Origin: Octopus bimaculoides
Taxonomy: Eukaryota
Direction: 5' to 3'
DNA: 40,624 nt
Assembly (NCBI RefSeq): GCF_001194135.2
Contig: NC_068981.1
Span: 108,468,895-108,509,518 of the forward strand
Shown here: positions 34,641 to 40,624 of the stretch, piece after piece
How the letters are laid out: each line of letters begins with the position of its first letter
Position numbering within the stretch: position 1 is the first letter of the stretch
Made by a program: the position numbers and the translations under genes
Notes under the pieces: model-generated
Told to the model about the DNA's origin: nothing
The model's input: the letters and a program-made list of their open reading frames with translations, nothing else
The model's database searches: none

Positions 34641-37600
34641 ATTATTCGAAGCTCATGCTGGACTGACTTTTGCTTGAACATGGAAGGTTTACTAGCTTCG
34701 GTAATTCAATTACAGAAACAACAACAGCAGCAGCAACAACGGCAACAACATCAGCAACAACGGCAACCACAGCAGCTGTTGGAATTTCAGAAGCAACAGC
34801 AACTGGTACAGAAAGAAACAGAAAATACATCTAGTTCTTTCACCCCTGACATGGTCGCAACTCGATCGGAGAATTCGCGTATAAAGAGTACTACTTTCTC
34901 TGTTCACTTTAGAAGGTATGAGGAAATTTTTAGAGAAGAATGCTGCGACTGGCAAGACGAAAAAAAAAAACTCGACTTTTGTTGAGAAAGTTGACACCGG
35001 CCGGACATGAGAAATATTGAAATTACGTATTACCTAAGAAACCGGGTGAAGTCTGTTTTGAAGAAACGGTGAATATTCTATCAAAGATCTTCAGCGAAAA
35101 AGGCTCTTTATCTAATACGCGCTGGCAATACATGAATATTACAAAAAAGGGAACGAAGATTTTTTACATACGCTGGGATCGTTAATAGGGAATGCAAGAG
35201 ATTTAAAATTAATGAAGTAACACCAAATATGTTTAAATGTTTAATTTTAATGCAAGGTTTAACGGCAAAGAAAGATGGCGAAATTCGTAACCTAATTCTG
35301 ACAAAATTAGAACAGAATCAGAATCTAACATTATAAGATATATCTAAGAAATGCCAGAGAATAACAAATTGAAGTGAGAAACTGCTTTTATATACAGTCG
35401 GTGCGACCGAAAATAAGAAATGAGAAGCAGAAAATTAACCCGTGTCCTTATAAAAATCGAAAATGCTTCAAGTATGGTAAGAAAGGTAATAAAAAATCAC
35501 ATTGTAAAACAAAACCTAGAAAACGGTTCAACAGAAAAAATTATGTAAACAGTTTATCGGTGACAAGAAATAAAAACGAGACTCAAAGGAAATTTGTGTA
35601 TGCAAAAATTAACAATACAAATGTAAAATTACAGTTAGATACAGGTACTGACTTCACTTTAATTAATGAAAACACATAGAGAACAATCGGGAAACCTACA
35701 CTACAGAAATACCTCAAAGATTGCACGTGGACTCTCAGGAATTAAATAGATTTTTAAAGGCAAAATTATCTGAAGCGTTACATTTCGCGGTATGACTTAT
35801 GTATTAAGAAATAAAAGTAACCTTTTGGGAACTGACTGGATGGAACTGTTCGACTTATGGGAGTTAACCATAAATAATTTTTGTAAAAATGTAATGGGGT
35901 CGAGCGCCAGTTCTAATACAGAGTCAGAAAAATTTTAAAAGAAGTGAAAAGGTTGTTCCCTGATGTTTTTTTCGGGCGAATAGGGTTGGTGCAATAAATT
36001 TAAGGAAAAATTTCAGGTAAAATAAAATCCATTACCTGTTTTCAAACCCAAACGTAATGTATCGCTTGCACCACTGGAACAGGTGAATAAGGAATTAGAC
36101 AGACTGGAATACACGGGAGTGATTGAAAAGTTCGACTAACCAGATTGGGTGTCTCTAACAGTGTATGTTAAAAAGAACAATAAAATGCGAGTATGTGCAA
36201 ATTTCTCGACAGGACTAAACGAATGTTTAAGACAGAGGAAATATTATCGAAGCCAAATGGTGGTAAATTGTTCTCGAAATTAGGTCTTTCTGATGCTTAT
36301 TTACAAATACAAGTGGAAGACGAATGTACTAAACTATTAACAATTAATACCTATAAAGGTCTGTACAAATTTAACTGGTTCACGTTTGGCATAAAAGTTG
36401 CTCCGACTATATCCCTACAAGTGAAGGATGCGGTGCTTGCAGAGTGTAACTTCATGATGGCCTACCTGGATGATATATTAATTAAAAATGAATGCCGTGA
36501 TCAACATGTTTAGCATGTGAAATGTGTTTTTTTAAAATAAAAGATTACGGTTTCAAACTGGGTGAGGAGAAATGTGAGTTTTTTTTTTGCCTAAAATTAA
36601 GTACTTCGGACAAATTATTGATAAAGATAGTCGTCGACCAGATACGTCGAGGGCAGATGCGATTAAAAATATATACCCCCTCTGATAAATATATTTATCT
36701 TACAAGATTTTTTGGGACTTACAAACTATTATCAGATTTATAGACTAAATATGCACAGGTAAGAGCTCCACTAAATAATTTACTGAAAAAAAAAAAAAAA
36801 AGATGTAAAGTGGAATTGGTCTCAAAACTGTCAGAAGATGTTCGACGAAATAAAAAAGATGTTAACTTCAGATAGGTCATTAGCACATTTTGATTCTACA
36901 TTGGAGTATTAGCTTCAGATGCCAGTGAGTACGGTATTGGAGCAGTAATTCAACATAAATAAGAAGAAGGTAACATGAAGACCGTGACCCATGCTTCGTG
37001 TTTGCTACCAGCAGAGAAAAATTACAGCCAAATTGAAAAAGAGGCTCTAGCGATTATTTTCGCCGTAAAAAAATTCCATAGATTCTTACCCGGTAGATAT
37101 TTTCAACTACAGACTGACCATCGTCCGTTATTATCTATATATGGGTCGAAGAAAGGAATCTCTACCTATACTGCTAATGGGTTGCAACGCTGGGGTACTG
37201 TATTACTAAATTTCGATTTTAAGATGGAGTTTATACCATCTAAGGAAGTAGGACACGCTGATTGTTTATCAAGATTGATATAAAAAAAATTACTGAACCG
37301 TTTGAGGATACCGTGATCGCAGTGTTACGAGCAGAAAAGGAAATTAAAAGCATTTTATGTAATGTACGAGAATTATCAGTTACATTAGAAGAAATCAAAC
37401 TAAAAGCTGGAAATGATGAATTTATTAAGAAAAAAAATGGAAGGATTTCCGAGTGCTGAAAAAAGAGAAATCAAAAATGTTTTGCAAAACGCAACACGAA
37501 TTCGAACCTGTTCTCAATTAGTGATAATGTGCTAATGTACGCACAAAGAGTGGTAGTGCCGGCCACACCACAGACACGAATACTAAAAGAATTTCACATT

Positions 37601-38506
37601 GGTCAAGAATGAAGTCCTTGATAAGAAGCTATGTGCATTGACCAAGAATGGACCGAGAGATTGAAGAATTAGTGAAAGTACACAGAGGTTGTGCTCTAAC
37701 AACAGAATAACCTACCACAAAATGGTAACAATGGCCACAAACAGATATTCCATGGTCCAGACTGCATGTTGATTTCGCAGGTCCACTTAACGGTTCACAC
37801 TACCTTATTGTGGTGGACAGTTTTTCTAAGTGGCCTGAAGTACATAAGTGTGAAAAACCGACGTCCTCGATTGCAGTAAGTTTTTTACATGAATTGTTCA
37901 CCAGATATGGTATTCCTGTGTCTGACAATGGAACTCAGTTTACTACAGATGAGTTCAAAATATTCTGTAAAATGTTCTGTATCAAATATGTGACCACTTT
38001 GCCGTATCATCCTAGGTCAAATGGACAAGCGGAGCGTTTTGTCAACATATTTAAGAAGGCTTTAAAGAAAACGAACAACGAAATAATGGATGATCTAACA
38101 CTTTAGTTTTTGAGGGTATATCAGTGACACCAAATCCCAATACCCCGTCTGGAATGTCACCTGCTGAATTAATGTTCGCTAGAAAGATTAGATCAGTGTT
38201 GAACAAGTTGTTACCGGGTAAAAAATAAAGAAAAATATCGGACAATAGATATAATACAAAATTTTTCAAAATTGGTGACGAAGTTTTCTTTAAAATGCAT
38301 AAAAAACGGTAATGAAACGTGGGAAGACGGAGTGATTGCTAAAAAGATTGGAAAAGTGCTATTTTTGGTAAAAGATCATAACTAAGAACATAAGAGACAT
38401 ATAAATCAACTAAAAATAGGGTTTACTGAGGAAACGGCCACAAGAAACGAAACTCTGATGGGAGTCTTTTATGATACGTTTGATGTGCCAACACCTAAAC
38501 AAACCA

Positions 38507-38714
38507 TGTTGGTTTACCGTGTTAGTTCGATGTGTGCTGGTTTAACAGTCAGTAGTTGAACAGTGAATACTGCATATCGTACCTACTGCGTGTCGTTCGA
38601 GTAGTATGGAGTGCGTTCTGTGTTAACATATATTTCTACGATAGGTTATTTTTAGATAACCACAACCAACTATTTATTTGTGTAATAAATACATCAAACG
38701 TGTATGCTCACGTT

Positions 38715-38720
<6 letters not shown>
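38507..38720 (+). repeat. 3' LTR
   Basis: Aligns with 34411-34626; the terminal CA runs into a (CA)n tract. Confidence 0.85.
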
Positions 38721-38792
<72 letters not shown>

Positions 38793-39046
38793 TACATGAA
38801 CCAACAAGAAAGCTTTAACGTGTAGTGGCTAATTCTTTCTGAAATCACATCTTTTAGTCTCATGTTACTTTGATACAATAGCCAGGTGTTGAGGGTACTG
38901 TACTTGTACTATGATAAACACAGTATATTCACTATTTACTAATAGCAGGTTATTTGGACTGTGACGACTCCGACTGTGATACACAATTTCGTGTGAAAAA
39001 ACGTTGCTTGAATATGGTTACAAATATTACTCTTGTGCTCCCTTCC

Positions 39047-39097
<51 letters not shown>

Positions 39098-39414
39098 TTA
39101 TGTAACAAAAGAACGTTAGTAAGGCTCTAAACGTTATACAATGGAGATATTTGTATATCAAGACANNNNNNNNNNNNNNNNNNNNNNNNNNNNNNNNNNN
39201 NNNNNNNNNNNNNNNNNNNNNNNNNNNNNNNNNNNNNNNNNNNNNNNNNNNNNNNNNNNNNNNNNNNNNNNNNNNNNNNNNNNNNNNNNNNNNNNNNNNN
39301 NNNNNNNNNNNNNNNNNNNNNNNNNNNNNNNNNNNNNNNNNNNNNNNNNNNNNNNNNNNNNNNNNNNNNNNNNNNNNNNNNNNNNNNNNNNNNNNNNNNN
39401 NNNNNNNNNNNNNN

Positions 39415-39494
<80 letters not shown>

Positions 39495-39519
39495 GTTATG
39501 TTAATAATACCAAAAAAAG

Positions 39520-40386
39520 AGGTGTTTCTTCCATTCACCAAAGTGACTGGAGCTTTGGCCAGGAGTAACTGATGTCATCAGACGACATCCAACGTTTATC
39601 GGGTGTTTCAACCCTGAACCGTAACACCCTTCCATTGGTGGGTCAGCAAAGGTGGCCAAATGACTGCTCCTCATCTCCTGGCTTCCAGCTTAACTCATCT
39701 CTCTTGCTCTATAACCAACAAGAAGCTCTTTCAGCTGCCTCTTCCATCCTGCGCACAGCCGCCCTTCGCTCCTTTCATTTCATTGCAAAGATTGTAAGCA
39801 TCCGCCATGTCGACTGAGCAGGGAACCCCCTACAGCGAACCTCGACTGAGAAAAGCTATACCTGCCATCCTTTCTCCTTGCTATCCTGCAGAAGGCTCTC
39901 ATATTTGGCACGCTTCCGTTCATGGACCTCATCACACCCCTCTTCCCACGAGACTGTGAGCTCAATTAAGATCGTTTTCTTGATCTTTTCAAACCTCAGA
40001 ACCACATCTACCGTCAGAGTTGTGTGGATGACCCGTGGAAACTGCAGTCTCTCCTCCAGGTCCACTTTCATATCCCATGATTGGGATCCATGCAGCAAGC
40101 TATGAAATGTGTCTGCTGACTTTATTGGCCTCTCCCTTTCTTTCACGAACTTAATTGCAGCTGTTGCTTTCCTTTGATGATGATGTTTCTTGAGCCTTTC
40201 CTGCTCTACGCTGTGAGCAAGTGTTGCAAGCACCATACCATGGCGTCACTTGCTTCTTCTTTGAGAAAGGGCTACTCTGCATCCTAACAAGATGTGTGCC
40301 AATGTACCTCTTTCTTCACAAAGTCTACACAGTTGGTCTTCCTTCACACACCTGGTCTTACCCTGATTTCTAGCATGGAATAAACG
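39520..40386 (-). mobile_element. HERO-like RLE non-LTR retrotransposon, 3' fragment
   Basis: CRLCEERGTLAHILLGC (CCHC), WDMKVDLEERLQFP and DVVL...ILIELTVSWEEGCDEVHERKRAKY...GWQV, the HERO-type RLE signature. Cut 5' by a microsatellite. Confidence 0.8.
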
Positions 40387-40417
<31 letters not shown>

Positions 40418-40547
40418 TACATACATACATACATACATACATACATACATACATACATACATACATACATACCTGTATGTATGTATGTGTGTATATATGT
40501 ATATATGTATGTGTGTATGTATGTATATGTATGTATGTGTGTATGTA

Positions 40548-40624
<77 letters not shown>
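40387..40624. repeat. Compound (TA)n(TACA)n(TATG)n(TATC)n microsatellite
   Basis: Directly visible. Confidence 0.95.

Larger units (their letters stand above)
34411..38720 (+). mobile_element. Decayed Ty3/Gypsy (Mag-like) LTR retrotransposon
   Basis: gag (ATG 34680, poly-Q, degenerate knuckle), protease LQLDTGTD, RT YLDDILI, RNase H EKNYSQIEKEALAII...TDHRPL and integrase VDSFSKWPEV...SDNGTQF...HPRSNGQAERFV, in Gypsy order. All frames broken. Confidence 0.92.

Overview
AT-rich, microsatellite-dense metazoan draft-assembly window with seven N gaps. The repeat repertoire looks like Octopus/coleoid cephalopod (inference). The one host gene is an intron-split SLC6 amino-acid transporter of the SLC6A15/17/18/19/20 (B0AT/NTT4) group on the minus strand. 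Five exons can be placed with GT-AG sites and matching phases: 23771-23328, 22887-22598, 18780-18619, 6710-6600 (absent from the ORF track) and 5246-5045. No downstream exons were found, so the gene probably continues beyond position 1. Most of the rest is decayed mobile DNA: about seven copies or fragments of R4/Dong-like RT+RLE LINEs, most stacked head-to-tail in (TAA)n tracts, a 535-bp TAA-bounded non-coding element, Penelope-like elements with two minimal hammerhead ribozyme motifs, CRE-like and HERO-like LINE 3' halves, a tRNA-type SINE, a Helitron-like element, an L1/Tx1-like ORF1 fragment and a decayed Gypsy (Mag-like) LTR element. The main leads are: (1) a microsatellite-targeted LINE plus non-autonomous partner system; (2) two such arrays forming nested mirror-image inverted repeats around three SLC6 exons; (3) hammerhead motifs on the host pre-mRNA strand; (4) a perfect 38-bp intronic hairpin. 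All coordinates, alignments and folds were done by eye, and no database search was run.
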